Below the pieces are notes generated by a model. It saw only the letters and a list, made by a program, of their open reading frames with translations. It made no database searches and was not told where the DNA came from. Shown in pieces: positions 28,909-40,429 of a stretch of DNA of 64,000 nucleotides. The DNA is taken from contig OZ252243.1 of the NCBI GenBank assembly GCA_965249555.1, positions 896,001 to 960,000 of the forward strand. Direction: 5' to 3'. The stretch is from Nitrosopumilus sp. Its GTDB lineage: Archaea; Thermoproteota; Nitrososphaeria; Nitrososphaerales; Nitrosopumilaceae. A program made the position numbers and the translations under genes. The stretch's first letter is position 1. Every line of letters starts with the position of its first letter.

Positions 28909-31640
28909 GAATCCCAAAAACCTCTTGTTACAACATATTGTCTTTCAGCTTCATAGATTTGCTTGAATAGATATTCATCATCCACCATATTTCGCAATAT
29001 TCTTGCAGCAGTGTCTGCCCCTACGCCATATCCAGACAATACAGTAATAGCAGTCTTGCCAAAATTTTCTATCAAAGAAGAGACTTTCCAGGCACGATCA
29101 AACTTGTGTTTTTCATCTGAAGAGAGTTTTTTTCCTGTATGTTTTTTTCGGATTATCTTTGGTAAATCATAGTCAGAATAGTAAGTGGCAGTAATTTGTC
29201 TGGCCTTACAATACGGACATAACAAGATATTTTTAACTTCATTAGTTTCTACCACACGTTCCCATTTTCCACATCTTGCACAGATCAAACGATGTCTAGT
29301 CTTTGCAAGTCTTGCTTTGACTAGATCAATTATTCCTTTATCAAGATTTGCTGGAGCTGCATAGTATTTTGCAGTATGATCTAAAATTGGTTCTGCTAAT
29401 TTTGAAAATTTGTCAACTTCTAACCATTTAACATGTATTTTATCTTCACGAATTTTTTTCAGAACTTTATCAGAATTTTTTAGATCATATTTATCATGAA
29501 ATAATTCACGTAGTGCTTCATGTACAAGTACGGTTTTAGAATACCGTTCATATAAAAATCTGGCAGATTTCCTTTCATAAATTGCTCCACGACCAACTAT
29601 TCCAAATTTTTTGGCAACACACCATGTCCTCCAATTAACATTATGAGTTCCAGCTAAAGATGCAGTAACAATAGAATATAGATCATAATCATCTGTTATA
29701 ATTTCAAGAAAAAGTTTTTCTGAAATTCGTGATCTAGAAGATAAAACAATTCGATAACCATCTGAACGAGAATCAACAACAGAACCCAACATTGAAGACA
29801 ACATTGAAGAAAGTAATGTAGATAATGTAGAATTAATTTTGGTGCCAAGACACGAATGAATTACAATTGAACCTTGAGATTTACTTGATTCAATTATTAT
29901 ATTATTTTCATCAGGAATTTCATTAAAATTTAATTTTTCAATAATTTTATTGGTTAATTCAAGTGAACCGTTCTTAACTTTACTGCGAAAATTTCCTACT
30001 TTTCTTGCAGTTTTGTAATCAATAGGAATACTTTCTCCTTCCCAGTATGGAACAGTAATTCCCCCTCCTCTAAAGGGTTCAACATTTACAGTAAATGATT
30101 TTTCATCAACATTTAGTATTCTCCATTGTAAACCTTTTAGAACAAAGATATTTCCCGAATCTCCAAAATCACCTACAAATCTTTGATCTAATGAGCCAAT
30201 AATTTTTTTTCCTACACTATCAAAGACTTTGAATTTTAGAATATCTGGAATTGTTGATAGATTCTCAAAATAATACTTGAATGCCCTCCCTTTCTTCCAA
30301 AAAGTCATTTTTGTTCTATCAAAAAATATCAGATAGTTTGAATCAAGCAAGTCCAATACGCCTATCAGATCTTCTAGTTGTAAATTCCGAAATGGAAAAG
30401 CTTTTGTCATCAGTTCAAAGGCTTGCTCAACTGAAATTTCCCCAAGCTGCATTGATAATCCAACTAAATGATGAGCCAAGACGTCAAGAGAGCCAACATG
30501 AATTTTTTGCTCTTCAATTGAACCTTCTTGAACACGATCAAGTATAGCTCGTGCTTCGAATTCATCATCAGGGCTGTTTGTTATAATCAGCCCCTTAGCT
30601 GATGCATTTCGATTATGTTTGCTTCTTCCTATTCTTTGAACTAATTTGGATACTTGTCTAGGAGAACCATAATGAATCACCAATTCAATTGAACCAATAT
30701 CCAATCCTAACTCAAGTGAAGATGTACATACAACAATACCACGTTTTCCTTCTCGCAAAGTAAGCTCAGTTTCTTCTCTAACTACTTTTGATAGAGAACC
30801 ATGATGTAATTCAATTTCAATAGAAGATTTTTCTTTTAAAATTGAAGCTAAAAATTCGGCTTCACCTCTAGTATTAGTAAATAGAAGTATTGGGGAGTTT
30901 AAATCTAGTTCTAAGAAATATTCGATGATTTTCTCTGCAACATCAGAAATTGTTCCTTCAACATACTTTACTTCTACATCATATTTTCTTACTGATTTAT
31001 CTCTAATAATCTCACATTTTCTTTTAGTACCCACAACAAATTTTCCTGCTTCTTCAAAATTTCCAACGGTAGCAGATAATCCTATTTTAGTGAGAGGATA
31101 TTTTGAATTAATTTCTAATCTCTCAATACTTAGGGATAATTGAGAACCTCTTTCACTAGCTAGTAATTCATGTACTTCATCAATTACAATCCATTCTAAA
31201 TCAGATAATGCATTCAGCATTTTGATTTGTGTTAAAAGAATTACTAGAGTTTCAGGTGTTGTAATTAGAATATCTGGAGGATTGTCTCTGATTTTTTTTC
31301 TATCTTTTTGAGAAGTATCTCCATGTCTGATTTCAATAGATAATTCGTTTTCATGAGCATATTTTGTAATTCTTCTAAATACATCACGATTTAATGCTCG
31401 AAGAGGAGTAATGTAAAGAGTTTTGATTTTTCCACTCTTCTTTGAATTTTTTAGTAGAGAAAAAATTGGAATTACAGAGCATTCAGTTTTTCCTGAACCT
31501 GTAGGAGCAATTACAAGACAATCTTTTTTTTGTAAAATAATTGGTGAGGCTTTTTTCTGAATTTCAGTTAGTTTGGAAAATCCAAATTTCTTAAATAAAG
31601 ATTCAAGAATTTGATTCGTCTGTTGATTTTGATCTTTCAT
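28905..31640 (-). CDS. lhr: Lhr-like SF2 helicase
   Basis: APTGSGKT, DEVH, SAT, HHGSLS, SSLELGLDIG, QRIGRS; C-terminal Zn ribbon. Confidence 0.9.
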   Translation of the reverse strand: MKDQNQQTNQILESLFKKFGFSKLTEIQKKASPIILQKKDCLVIAPTGSGKTECSVIPIFSLLKNSKKSGKIKTLYITPLRALNRDVFRRITKYAHENELSIEIRHGDTSQKDRKKIRDNPPDILITTPETLVILLTQIKMLNALSDLEWIVIDEVHELLASERGSQLSLSIERLEINSKYPLTKIGLSATVGNFEEAGKFVVGTKRKCEIIRDKSVRKYDVEVKYVEGTISDVAEKIIEYFLELDLNSPILLFTNTRGEAEFLASILKEKSSIEIELHHGSLSKVVREETELTLREGKRGIVVCTSSLELGLDIGSIELVIHYGSPRQVSKLVQRIGRSKHNRNASAKGLIITNSPDDEFEARAILDRVQEGSIEEQKIHVGSLDVLAHHLVGLSMQLGEISVEQAFELMTKAFPFRNLQLEDLIGVLDLLDSNYLIFFDRTKMTFWKKGRAFKYYFENLSTIPDILKFKVFDSVGKKIIGSLDQRFVGDFGDSGNIFVLKGLQWRILNVDEKSFTVNVEPFRGGGITVPYWEGESIPIDYKTARKVGNFRSKVKNGSLELTNKIIEKLNFNEIPDENNIIIESSKSQGSIVIHSCLGTKINSTLSTLLSSMLSSMLGSVVDSRSDGYRIVLSSRSRISEKLFLEIITDDYDLYSIVTASLAGTHNVNWRTWCVAKKFGIVGRGAIYERKSARFLYERYSKTVLVHEALRELFHDKYDLKNSDKVLKKIREDKIHVKWLEVDKFSKLAEPILDHTAKYYAAPANLDKGIIDLVKARLAKTRHRLICARCGKWERVVETNEVKNILLCPYCKARQITATYYSDYDLPKIIRKKHTGKKLSSDEKHKFDRAWKVSSLIENFGKTAITVLSGYGVGADTAARILRNMVDDEYLFKQIYEAERQYVVTRGFWDS

Positions 31641-31716
31641 AAACCATTATACCTACTAGACCTAGTGCAAACAAAACTACAGTAATTATTGGAATTGAAT
31701 CAAAAATATCTGCCAT
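31603..31716 (-). CDS. Small single-pass membrane protein, 37 aa (not in ORF track)
   Basis: MADIFDSIPIITVVLFALGLVGIMVYERSKSTDESNS; lies between the RadA paralogue and lhr on the same strand. Confidence 0.5.
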   Translation of the reverse strand: MADIFDSIPIITVVLFALGLVGIMVYERSKSTDESNS

Positions 31717-31738
31717 TAGTAAACTTCATGATTGACCG

Positions 31739-32398
31739 TTAAATATCTTCAGTATAATCAACTAATCCCGAAGTATGTATTTTGTAAGAAAAATATTCTT
31801 TGTTTAGTGCCCAGTAAATTTTTCCTGTAAATTTTGATTGATTTTTAGAAAGTTGTATTTTGATATGAGTAAAAGGATCAATAGCACTTTTCATATTTTC
31901 CACATTATTACCTTCAATATTTCTAATCATATTAGTAATTATGATAGGAATTTTTTTTGTAATTGCAAATTTTGATAATTCATGTATATATTTCATAAAT
32001 AATGAATTCTTTTCAAAAATAGATTCATCTTTTTTATATTCATAAGAAAATAAATCAGTTACATTATCAATTACAATTAAAGAAAAATCATTGTTTGTAA
32101 GATTTTTTATAGATTTTATTTGTTCTGAAGTATTAGTTAGTCTAGATACTGTGATTTTTTCAAGAAAATCAATCTGTTTTTCAGATTGATTTTGAATTTC
32201 CAGTATTCGCTCAGGTCTGAATCCACCTGTTGTATCTAAATACAGAACATGGCCACCATTTTTGATTGAATTTATTGATAATTGTAGTAAGAGTTGGGTT
32301 TTTCCTGTTCCATTTTCACCAAAAATATCTACAATTACACCATCAGGAATCCCTCCCGATAAGAATTCATCCAATTTTTGTAAACCAGTAGAGATCAT
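31739..32398 (-). CDS. RadA paralogue (RadB-like RecA-family ATPase)
   Basis: ISTGLQKLDEFLSGG, GENGTGKT, DTTGGFRPER, IVIDN. Confidence 0.85.
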   Translation of the reverse strand: MISTGLQKLDEFLSGGIPDGVIVDIFGENGTGKTQLLLQLSINSIKNGGHVLYLDTTGGFRPERILEIQNQSEKQIDFLEKITVSRLTNTSEQIKSIKNLTNNDFSLIVIDNVTDLFSYEYKKDESIFEKNSLFMKYIHELSKFAITKKIPIIITNMIRNIEGNNVENMKSAIDPFTHIKIQLSKNQSKFTGKIYWALNKEYFSYKIHTSGLVDYTEDI

Positions 32399-32506
32399 TT
32401 GTATAATTATTAGAAAAAGGAGAAAAAATTTAAAGAATTTTAATTTTTATAGAGTAGGTAAGGCTTTTATTCTAGAGAACAAAGTTGCAAAACAAGTGAA
32501 TAATTA

Positions 32507-32752
32507 GTGTCACAAACAACTAGTGCAAAAAGACCTTTAACTACTCTGCAAAAAAGTACCAAGAAGAAAGTTACTGTAAGACTGAAAAATGAAGTAGAAT
32601 ACAAAGGAAAGATGGATAATGTTGATTCATACATGAATTTGATTATGACTGATGCTGAAGAAGTACTTCATGGCAAAACAGTTGCAAACTATGGAAGGGT
32701 AATAGTAAGAGGCAATAATGTATTATTTATCAAACTAGAAAATGAACTCTAG
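32507..32752 (+). CDS. Sm/Lsm archaeal RNA-binding protein
   Basis: Sm1 [12 protein letters not shown] and Sm2 [10 protein letters not shown] motifs. Confidence 0.93.
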   Translation: MSQTTSAKRPLTTLQKSTKKKVTVRLKNEVEYKGKMDNVDSYMNLIMTDAEEVLHGKTVANYGRVIVRGNNVLFIKLENEL

Positions 32753-32763
32753 CTAGTGATTTT

Positions 32764-33930
32764 ATGACCAATAGTTTTCTATTTACATCAGAATCAGTAA
32801 CGGAAGGACATCCAGATAAAATATGTGATAATATTTCTGATGCATTTTTAGATGAATATCTCAGACAAGATCCAAACTCAAGAGTTGCAGTTGAAACAAT
32901 GGTTACTACAGATTTTGTGGCAGTATCTGGAGAGGTTACATCTAATGCAGATTTTGATCAAAAGGCTCAAGAAGAATTAGTTAGAAAAACAATTAGAGAA
33001 ATTGGGTATGATAACAAAGACTTGATGTTTGATGCAGATACTTGTCAAATCAATTTAAGACTACATTCACAAAGTCCGGATATTAGTCAAGGCATATCAG
33101 CTACTGAAGAAAAGGAACAAGGTGCAGGAGATCAAGGATTGATGTTTGGTTATGCAACAAATGAAACTAAAGAATTAATGCCTATGCCAATTTTACTAGC
33201 ACACAAACTTATTCAGAAATTATCAGAAGTTAGAAGAGATAAGACTTTACCATGGGTTAGACCAGATGGTAAATCACAAGTATCTGTAAGATATGAAGAT
33301 GACAAGCCAACAAAGATTGAAACAGTTATAGTTTCAACACAACATGCACCAGATGTTTCTCATGAAGAAATTTCAAGAGAAATCATAGATAAAGTAATCA
33401 AACCAGTTTTAGGGAATCTTTGGGAAGATGAAATTAAAATTCACATAAACCCTACTGGAAAATTTGTAATTGGCGGTCCACATGGAGATGCTGGTTTAAC
33501 AGGAAGAAAAATCATTGTTGATACTTATGGTGGATTTGGAAGACATGGAGGAGGAGCTTTCTCAGGAAAAGATCCTTCCAAAGTAGATAGATCTGCATGC
33601 TATATGTGCAGATATATTGCAAAAAATATTGTTGCAGCAGGACTAGCTGATAGATGTGAAGTACAACTTGCATATGCAATAGGAGTGGCTGAACCAGTAT
33701 CACTTTATGTCAATACATTTGGAACAAATAAAATTCCAGAAAATCAGATTGAAGATCTGGTTAGAAAGAATTTTGATATGAAACCATCAGGAATAATCGC
33801 ACAATTAGATTTGAAAAGGCCGATTTACAAAAAGACTGCATCATATGGTCATTTTGGAAGAAATGAGCCTGAATTCACTTGGGAAAAAACAGACAAGGCT
33901 GAAACACTAAAGCAATCTGCCGGACTTTAA
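32764..33930 (+). CDS. metK: S-adenosylmethionine synthetase, bacterial/eukaryotic type
   Basis: [35 protein letters not shown]. Confidence 0.96.
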   Translation: MTNSFLFTSESVTEGHPDKICDNISDAFLDEYLRQDPNSRVAVETMVTTDFVAVSGEVTSNADFDQKAQEELVRKTIREIGYDNKDLMFDADTCQINLRLHSQSPDISQGISATEEKEQGAGDQGLMFGYATNETKELMPMPILLAHKLIQKLSEVRRDKTLPWVRPDGKSQVSVRYEDDKPTKIETVIVSTQHAPDVSHEEISREIIDKVIKPVLGNLWEDEIKIHINPTGKFVIGGPHGDAGLTGRKIIVDTYGGFGRHGGGAFSGKDPSKVDRSACYMCRYIAKNIVAAGLADRCEVQLAYAIGVAEPVSLYVNTFGTNKIPENQIEDLVRKNFDMKPSGIIAQLDLKRPIYKKTASYGHFGRNEPEFTWEKTDKAETLKQSAGL

Positions 33931-34776
33931 TAATTCCACAACTGACTGAAATTTGATTTTAGTAATTTTTCTTAACTTGTTATGGTTTCCTTTAAAATTA
34001 CCAATGAGAATATTGAGATCATCAACCCCAAAATCAGAGTTTGAATTAATTATTGCAGTATGATAAACATCTTCGAGATTGATTTTTCTGATGCTTGTTC
34101 TAGTTCCTTTAGAAAAAAGTTTAACATATTGTTGAAAAGTAATACAATCGGGACCAACAAGATCAATAATTTTATTTTTAAATTTTGTTTGAAGAACTGA
34201 TTGAAAAATAATTTGTACTACATCATTAATGTGAATTGGTTGAATTGAATAAGTTCCAGTTCCTGGAATCCCAATTTTTCCTTTCTTAATTTGTTTTTTT
34301 AAATATTTTGTAAACAGATCATCCTTTCCAACAATATAGGAAGGTCTAAAAATTGTATAATTTAATCCAGAATTTATAATTAATTTTTCTGCTTTATATT
34401 TAGAAATAAAATATCCTAATGAGGTATTTGATGAAACACCAAGACCGCTTGTAAAAATAAATTTTTTAATTTTTGCTTTTTTACTTAAATTTACAATATA
34501 TTTTGTAAATTCAACATTTACCATATTATAATCAGTTTTAATAGATTGTTTTCCAATCCCAACAAGATGAATTAATGCATCTGAATTTTGAATTTTTGAA
34601 AGAAGACTCTTTTCATCATAATTTTTTGAGATGACTTTGTGTTCATTTTTAAATTGTTTAAAGTCATTTCGTGATATTGAAATTAGTTTAATATTTTTTT
34701 TAGACAAATATTTTCTGAGATTTCTTGCAATAAATCCACTTGCTCCAGTTATAACTATCTGATTACCTTTAACCAT
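33907..34776 (-). CDS. NAD-dependent epimerase/atypical SDR
   Basis: [21 protein letters not shown]. Confidence 0.85.
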   Translation of the reverse strand: MVKGNQIVITGASGFIARNLRKYLSKKNIKLISISRNDFKQFKNEHKVISKNYDEKSLLSKIQNSDALIHLVGIGKQSIKTDYNMVNVEFTKYIVNLSKKAKIKKFIFTSGLGVSSNTSLGYFISKYKAEKLIINSGLNYTIFRPSYIVGKDDLFTKYLKKQIKKGKIGIPGTGTYSIQPIHINDVVQIIFQSVLQTKFKNKIIDLVGPDCITFQQYVKLFSKGTRTSIRKINLEDVYHTAIINSNSDFGVDDLNILIGNFKGNHNKLRKITKIKFQSVVELLKSGRLL

Positions 34777-34855
34777 ACAAATCTCAAGTTATTTTTAATT
34801 TTAAATCTATTTAGAAGAATTTGAACATTAAGCAAACAAGAATTAATACACTAAA

Positions 34856-35959
34856 ATGAATACAATAGGTGTGGAAGAAGAAAAGACAAAATTAAGAACA
34901 GGTTATACTACTGGAAGCTCAGCTACTGCTGCGTCTAAATCTGCATTATTATCAATAATTAATCAGCAAAAAACTGAAAATGTATCTATTAGATTACCTA
35001 AAGGGGATTTTATCGATATTCCAATACATTCTTGTGAATTTGAATCCAATAAAGCAAAATGCTCTGTAATTAAAGATGGAGGAGATGATCCTGATGTCAC
35101 TCATGGTGCAGAAATTATAGTTGAACTATCATTTACAGAGAAAGTAAGTGAAATTGATATTGATGGAGGAGAGGGAGTAGGAATAGTTACCAAACCTGGT
35201 TTAGGTTTGGAAATTAACAAACCTGCAATAAATCCAGTTCCAAAAAAAATGATTAATGAGAATTTAAGAGAAGTTGGAGAAAAAATTCTGGTAAAAAAGG
35301 GAATTAGAGTTGTGATTTCAGTTCCCAAGGGAAAAGAATTAGGACCTAAAACAGATAATCCAAGATTAGGAATTAAGAATGGAATTTCAATTTTAGGAAC
35401 TAGTGGAATTGTTATTCCATTTTCTACAGCATCTTATGCAGCATCAATTAGACAGAATTTGGATGTAACAATTGCAATGGGAAATGATACAGTAGTGCTA
35501 ACTACAGGTGGAAGAAGCGAAGATTTTGCAAAGAAGATAGTTGATTTACCAGAACATTGTTTTGTACAGATGGGTGATTTTTCAGGATATACAATTCAAC
35601 AATGTGGTAAAAAAAATATCAACAAAGCATATGTTGTTGGTTTTATTGGAAAACTTGCAAAGATGGCTGCAGGAGTAAAACAAACTCATGTTAAAGGTTC
35701 AAAGGTAGACATGAATTTTTTGGCAGAATTAGCAAAAAAGTCAAATGCAACAGAAACAACAATTGAAAGTATTAAAAAAGCAAATACAGCAAGACATGTT
35801 TCTGAAATAATTCAAGAAAATAATGTTGAAGGATTTTTTGAGTTAATTTGTAGTGAGACGTATAAACACATGAGAAAACATTCTGAGGAAAAAGTTCCAA
35901 TTGATGTAATATTGTTTAATTTTGATGGAAAGATTCTAGCTAGAAAGTCAGAAGAGTAA
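34856..35959 (+). CDS. cbiD: Cobalt-precorrin-5B C1-methyltransferase
   Basis: GYTTGS, KDGGDDPDVTHG, NPRLGI..GISILGTSG. Confidence 0.95.
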   Translation: MNTIGVEEEKTKLRTGYTTGSSATAASKSALLSIINQQKTENVSIRLPKGDFIDIPIHSCEFESNKAKCSVIKDGGDDPDVTHGAEIIVELSFTEKVSEIDIDGGEGVGIVTKPGLGLEINKPAINPVPKKMINENLREVGEKILVKKGIRVVISVPKGKELGPKTDNPRLGIKNGISILGTSGIVIPFSTASYAASIRQNLDVTIAMGNDTVVLTTGGRSEDFAKKIVDLPEHCFVQMGDFSGYTIQQCGKKNINKAYVVGFIGKLAKMAAGVKQTHVKGSKVDMNFLAELAKKSNATETTIESIKKANTARHVSEIIQENNVEGFFELICSETYKHMRKHSEEKVPIDVILFNFDGKILARKSEE

Positions 35960-35984
35960 GGTATTTTATGAAATTTAGAAAGTT

Positions 35985-37043
35985 TTGATTATGGAAAAAA
36001 CTGTAGTTCTCGCAATTACCAAAAATGGAGTCAATATAGGACAAAATCTAAAAGAACTATTTCCTGACTGGAATATTTTTGCACCGGTTAAATTCTCAAA
36101 TGAAGGTAACGAAATAACATGGTATTCTGAACCTACATCAGAAAAAATTATTGAACTTTTTGAAAACAATAATGCACTAGTGTGTATATTTTCATTAGGT
36201 GCAGTAATTAGATTAATTGCGCCACATTTGAAAGGCAAAAAAACAGATCCAGCTGTAATTGTAATTGATGATAAAACAAATTTTGTAATTAGTGTATTAT
36301 CTGGACATATTGGAGGAGCAAATGAGTTAACTCGAGAAATTGCAGAAAAGATAGGTGCTTTGCCAGTAATAACTACTGCAGCTGATGTTAACAAAACTAT
36401 AGCAGTGGATATGGTAGGAAGAGAATTTAATTGGAAAATTGACGATGATTCTACTGTAACTAAAATTAGTGCACATATGGTAAACGAAGAACCTATTGGT
36501 GTTTTTCAAGAAATAGGAAAAAAAAATTGGTATAAAGAATTACCAAAAAATGTCTCAATTTATGATAGTTTCAAAGATTTGAAGAATTCAAATTCTAAAG
36601 CGTATCTTATAATTTCTGATAGAATTATTGATAAGAATTTAGATAAGGAATCTGTAATATATCGCCCTCCAAGTTTAGTAATTGGTATTGGATTACATTG
36701 GGATACCTCAAAAGAAATAATCAGAGAAGGAATTGAACATTGTCTAGAAAAATTCAAACTTAGTTCAAAATCTATTGCAAAACTAGTATCAATAAAAAAA
36801 CCACAAGATGTTCAAGGACTGATAGATATTGGAAAGGAGATGGATATTCCAGTGGAATATGTAGATAGAGAAGATTTATCTGAGATTTCTGCACCAAATC
36901 CTTCAGAAACGGTAAAAGCGTTTGAAGGAACTGCAAGTGTATCTGAAGCTGCAGCAATCAAAGTTTCTGGTGGAAAATTAATTGTAGAAAAACAGAAATT
37001 CCCACCAAATTTGACTATAGCTATTGCGAGGATTATGAATTGA
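35985..37043 (+). CDS. cbiG: Cobalt-precorrin-5A hydrolase
   Basis: KKTDPAV, LSGHIGGAN, SVSEAAA. Confidence 0.93.
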   Translation: MIMEKTVVLAITKNGVNIGQNLKELFPDWNIFAPVKFSNEGNEITWYSEPTSEKIIELFENNNALVCIFSLGAVIRLIAPHLKGKKTDPAVIVIDDKTNFVISVLSGHIGGANELTREIAEKIGALPVITTAADVNKTIAVDMVGREFNWKIDDDSTVTKISAHMVNEEPIGVFQEIGKKNWYKELPKNVSIYDSFKDLKNSNSKAYLIISDRIIDKNLDKESVIYRPPSLVIGIGLHWDTSKEIIREGIEHCLEKFKLSSKSIAKLVSIKKPQDVQGLIDIGKEMDIPVEYVDREDLSEISAPNPSETVKAFEGTASVSEAAAIKVSGGKLIVEKQKFPPNLTIAIARIMN

Positions 37044-37792
37044 AGCGCGGATTACTAATTATTGATAGAGGAAGTAGAGAAAGAGAAGCATCTGAAGAAT
37101 TAGAGACTATTTGTGAGAGAATTAAGGCAAAAAGTGATTATGTATTCACAGATTTTTGTTTCTTAGAGGTAATTCCGCCATATATTGAGGCTGGAATTAC
37201 TAAATGTCTCAAAGAAGATATTGATTCGTTAACTATAGTTCCTTACTTTTTGTACCCTGGTAAAAAAGTGAAAAATGCAGTTACTGATGTAATGAAGTTC
37301 CAAAAAGATACCAAAGTGAAATTTGTTGTTACAAAGCAAATGAGTATGCACAAAACTTTGGTAGATGTAGTTGAAAATAGAATATCTACAACACTTAAAG
37401 AAAATCAAGTCACTTTTCCAAAAAAAGATGTAGATGTAATGATTATTGGACATGGTAGTAAAGATCCTAATGCACAAATGTCATTAAACTACATAGTAAA
37501 TAAACTAAAAGATTCCTATAGAAATGTAAGTCGGTGTTGGTTGGAAATTGAACAACCAGATATTTTTGAAGGAGTAAAAAAATGTGAAAAAGATAATCCT
37601 AAGGTTCTAATAATTGTTTTTTATTTTTTACATGAAGGAGCACACGTAAAAACTGACATCAATAATGATTTAACACCAGCACTTGAAAATTCTAATCTGA
37701 AAAAAACATACATTACAAAACATTTAGGAGTGGATGAGAAGATGATAGATTTGATAATAGAAAGGGCAAAAGAGGTAGAAGATGCAAACTAA
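37040..37792 (+). CDS. cbiX: Sirohydrochlorin cobaltochelatase CbiX (two-domain)
   Basis: GHGSKDP, FLHEGAHVKTDI, duplicated chelatase domains. Confidence 0.88.
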   Translation: MKRGLLIIDRGSREREASEELETICERIKAKSDYVFTDFCFLEVIPPYIEAGITKCLKEDIDSLTIVPYFLYPGKKVKNAVTDVMKFQKDTKVKFVVTKQMSMHKTLVDVVENRISTTLKENQVTFPKKDVDVMIIGHGSKDPNAQMSLNYIVNKLKDSYRNVSRCWLEIEQPDIFEGVKKCEKDNPKVLIIVFYFLHEGAHVKTDINNDLTPALENSNLKKTYITKHLGVDEKMIDLIIERAKEVEDAN

Positions 37793-38423
37793 AAAAGGTC
37801 AATCAATTGAAGATGCAAGTATGCAAATGATTGAAGATGAAATTGGTACACACCAATATAACAAAAAAGAATGGCCTATTGTTAGAAGAGTTATTCATTC
37901 TACAGCAGATTTTGATTTTGCAGATAAAAATAAAATAATTTTTCACAAAGATGCAATTGAGAGTGCCATGGGTGCTTTGAGAAATGGTTGTAGCATCATA
38001 GTTGATGTTAATGGAGTGATTGGTGGATTGAATAAGCAAAACCCAAAGGATTTTGGAAATAACATAATTTGTAATATTTCAAATCCAGAAATAATGGAAT
38101 TGGCAAAAAAAGAAGGAAAAACACGCTCTCAAGTCTCTATGAGAGCAGCTATATCGGATATTGATGGAGGAGTTGTAGCCATTGGAAATGCACCTACAGC
38201 TCTAATGGAGATAATTCAGATGGTAAAAGAAGGCATAGTAAAGCCTGCATTGATTATTGGGATTCCAGTAGGATTCATCTGTGCTGCAGAATCAAAAGAG
38301 GAATTATCAAAAATAGAAGGAACGCCATTTATCACCAACATTGGCAGAAAAGGAGGAAGTTCATCAGCATCTGCCATAATTAATGCAATCTTTAAGTTAA
38401 TTAGAGAAAAATCAGCTTCTTGA
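37782..38423 (+). CDS. cbiC: Precorrin-8X methylmutase
   Basis: RVIHSTAD, IGNAPTAL, PVGFICAAESK, GRKGGS. Confidence 0.95.
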   Translation: MQTKKGQSIEDASMQMIEDEIGTHQYNKKEWPIVRRVIHSTADFDFADKNKIIFHKDAIESAMGALRNGCSIIVDVNGVIGGLNKQNPKDFGNNIICNISNPEIMELAKKEGKTRSQVSMRAAISDIDGGVVAIGNAPTALMEIIQMVKEGIVKPALIIGIPVGFICAAESKEELSKIEGTPFITNIGRKGGSSSASAIINAIFKLIREKSAS

Positions 38424-39767
38424 ATATTTTAAGCAATTTTTAACAAAAATTTGGGCATAGTTTGAGCTATCAAAATAGAGATGACCGTATGAAGCAAGTG
38501 TATTGTGCTGCATCATTCCATCTTGATGTTTTTTGATTCCCTCACCAATTTCCAAGTCATAAGCAAATTTAGAATCAGAGGAGACTGAATCTAACTGCGA
38601 ATAATGAAATTCATGGCCTTGAAAATTATGTGGTTTTTCTGAGATGAGGGTTTTTGCAGTAATCTTACCTTTCGTATAATTAAGTCTCATTTTCTGAGTC
38701 ATTTTAGTTTCAGCATCAAACAGACCAACCATTTTGTATTTTTTGTTATGATAAACAATTGATTTTGTGAGATACATTAGTCCACCACATTCAGCATAAA
38801 TTGGAAGGTTATCTTCAGACAAGTTCTTGATAGTTTTTTTCATATCTTGGTTTTTTTCAAGTAAATTACCTAAAACTTCAGGAAAGCCGCCACCAATGTA
38901 AAGTCCATCACATTTTGGAATTTTCTTATCTTTAATAGGACTAAAAAATTTTAGAATTGCACCCTCTCTACGTAATGCTTCTAGATTATCTTGATAGTAG
39001 AAATTAAATGAAGTATCAAGGGCAACTGCAATGGTAGTTTTTATTTTTTTATGAACAGGTTTTGATTTTCTTGGAAGATCAATAGGATTTTTTAAAATTT
39101 TAATAATTTGAGAAACATCTAAAGATTTTGAAATTATTTTTGATATTTTTTCAATTTGGTTTTTTAAATTTTTGTTATCAGATGTTGAAATTAATCCCAA
39201 ATGCCGTGATTCCATATTTAGTAGAGGGTTTTTTTGAATTACGCCAATAATTGGAATTTTAGTTTTTTCTAATGCACTTCTACACAAAATTTCATGTTTT
39301 TTGCTACCAATTTTATTAAGAATAATTCCAGATATACGAGAATTTCTATGAAATTTTTGAAAACCTAGAGCAGTTGCAGCAATAGAACGAGCAGCTTTAC
39401 TTGCATCTAAAACTAAGAGTACAGGAGATTTTGTTATAGTTGCTACATGATGAGTGCTTGCATAATTAGAATCTCCACCAAAACCGTCATAGTAGCCCAT
39501 CACACCTTCAATAATAGATACATCAGATTTTGAATTAGAAATGAAACTATTCAAAAGTTGGTTCTTTCCCATCAACCAAACATCCAAGTTGTATGTATCA
39601 TGTTTTGAAATACTGGATAGATAACTAGGATCGATATAATCAGGCCCTACCTTAAAGGGTTGGACTGAATAACCCTGTTTTTGTAAGGCATGAATAATAG
39701 AACATGTTATGGATGTCTTTCCAACTCCACTTGTAACGCCTGCTAATACTATTCTTGGAATTTTCAA
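38412..39767 (-). CDS. cbiA: Cobyrinate a,c-diamide synthase
   Basis: SGVGKT, KVGPDYIDP, GGGFPE, AECGGLMYL, GHEFHYS. Confidence 0.95.
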   Translation of the reverse strand: MKIPRIVLAGVTSGVGKTSITCSIIHALQKQGYSVQPFKVGPDYIDPSYLSSISKHDTYNLDVWLMGKNQLLNSFISNSKSDVSIIEGVMGYYDGFGGDSNYASTHHVATITKSPVLLVLDASKAARSIAATALGFQKFHRNSRISGIILNKIGSKKHEILCRSALEKTKIPIIGVIQKNPLLNMESRHLGLISTSDNKNLKNQIEKISKIISKSLDVSQIIKILKNPIDLPRKSKPVHKKIKTTIAVALDTSFNFYYQDNLEALRREGAILKFFSPIKDKKIPKCDGLYIGGGFPEVLGNLLEKNQDMKKTIKNLSEDNLPIYAECGGLMYLTKSIVYHNKKYKMVGLFDAETKMTQKMRLNYTKGKITAKTLISEKPHNFQGHEFHYSQLDSVSSDSKFAYDLEIGEGIKKHQDGMMQHNTLASYGHLYFDSSNYAQIFVKNCLKYSRS

Positions 39768-39855
39768 TTTGCATGATTAGAATCATTTTTTGTTTAAATT
39801 GGTTTATTTTTGAGAAATGCTCAATGTTTTTAGTGAGATTATTTGAAGATCATCT

Positions 39856-40389
39856 ATGGAAGCAGATGGCTTAATCATTGTATATACAGGAAAGGGAAAA
39901 GGAAAGACAACAGCAGCATTAGGAATTGCATTACGAGCTACAGGTTATAAAAAGAAGATTTGCATGATTCAATTCATCAAGGGTTCATGGCACTATGGTG
40001 AAATGGATTCGTCTAAAAGGCTTGAACCGGAATTTGAAATGATTGCCATAGGTAAAGGATTTGTTGGAATTATAGATGATACAAGTCCAAAGGAAGATCA
40101 TAAAAAAATTGCCAAAGAGGCAATCAGGATTAGCAATGAAAAAATTCAGTCAGGAAACTATGATATTGTCATTTTAGATGAAATTAACTATGCAGTAAAT
40201 CTTGAACTAATTTCAGTGGATGATGTTTTAGATTTAATCAGATCAAAGCCGCAAGGAGTGGATTTAGTACTAACAGGAAATTATGCCAAGGATGAAGTTA
40301 TTGAAGTAGCGGATCTAGTTACAGAGATGAGAGAGATAAAACATCCATTTCAGCGTGGCATTAAAGCTAAAAAAGGGATAGATTTCTAA
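39856..40389 (+). CDS. cobO: Cob(I)yrinic acid a,c-diamide adenosyltransferase (CobO/BtuR)
   Basis: YTGKGKGKTTAALG, QFIKG, LDE, KHPF..GI.A..GIDF. Confidence 0.93.
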   Translation: MEADGLIIVYTGKGKGKTTAALGIALRATGYKKKICMIQFIKGSWHYGEMDSSKRLEPEFEMIAIGKGFVGIIDDTSPKEDHKKIAKEAIRISNEKIQSGNYDIVILDEINYAVNLELISVDDVLDLIRSKPQGVDLVLTGNYAKDEVIEVADLVTEMREIKHPFQRGIKAKKGIDF

Positions 40390-40429
40390 CCAGCAACATT
40401 AATTTACACACTTGAGAGTTTTAGAAGAA

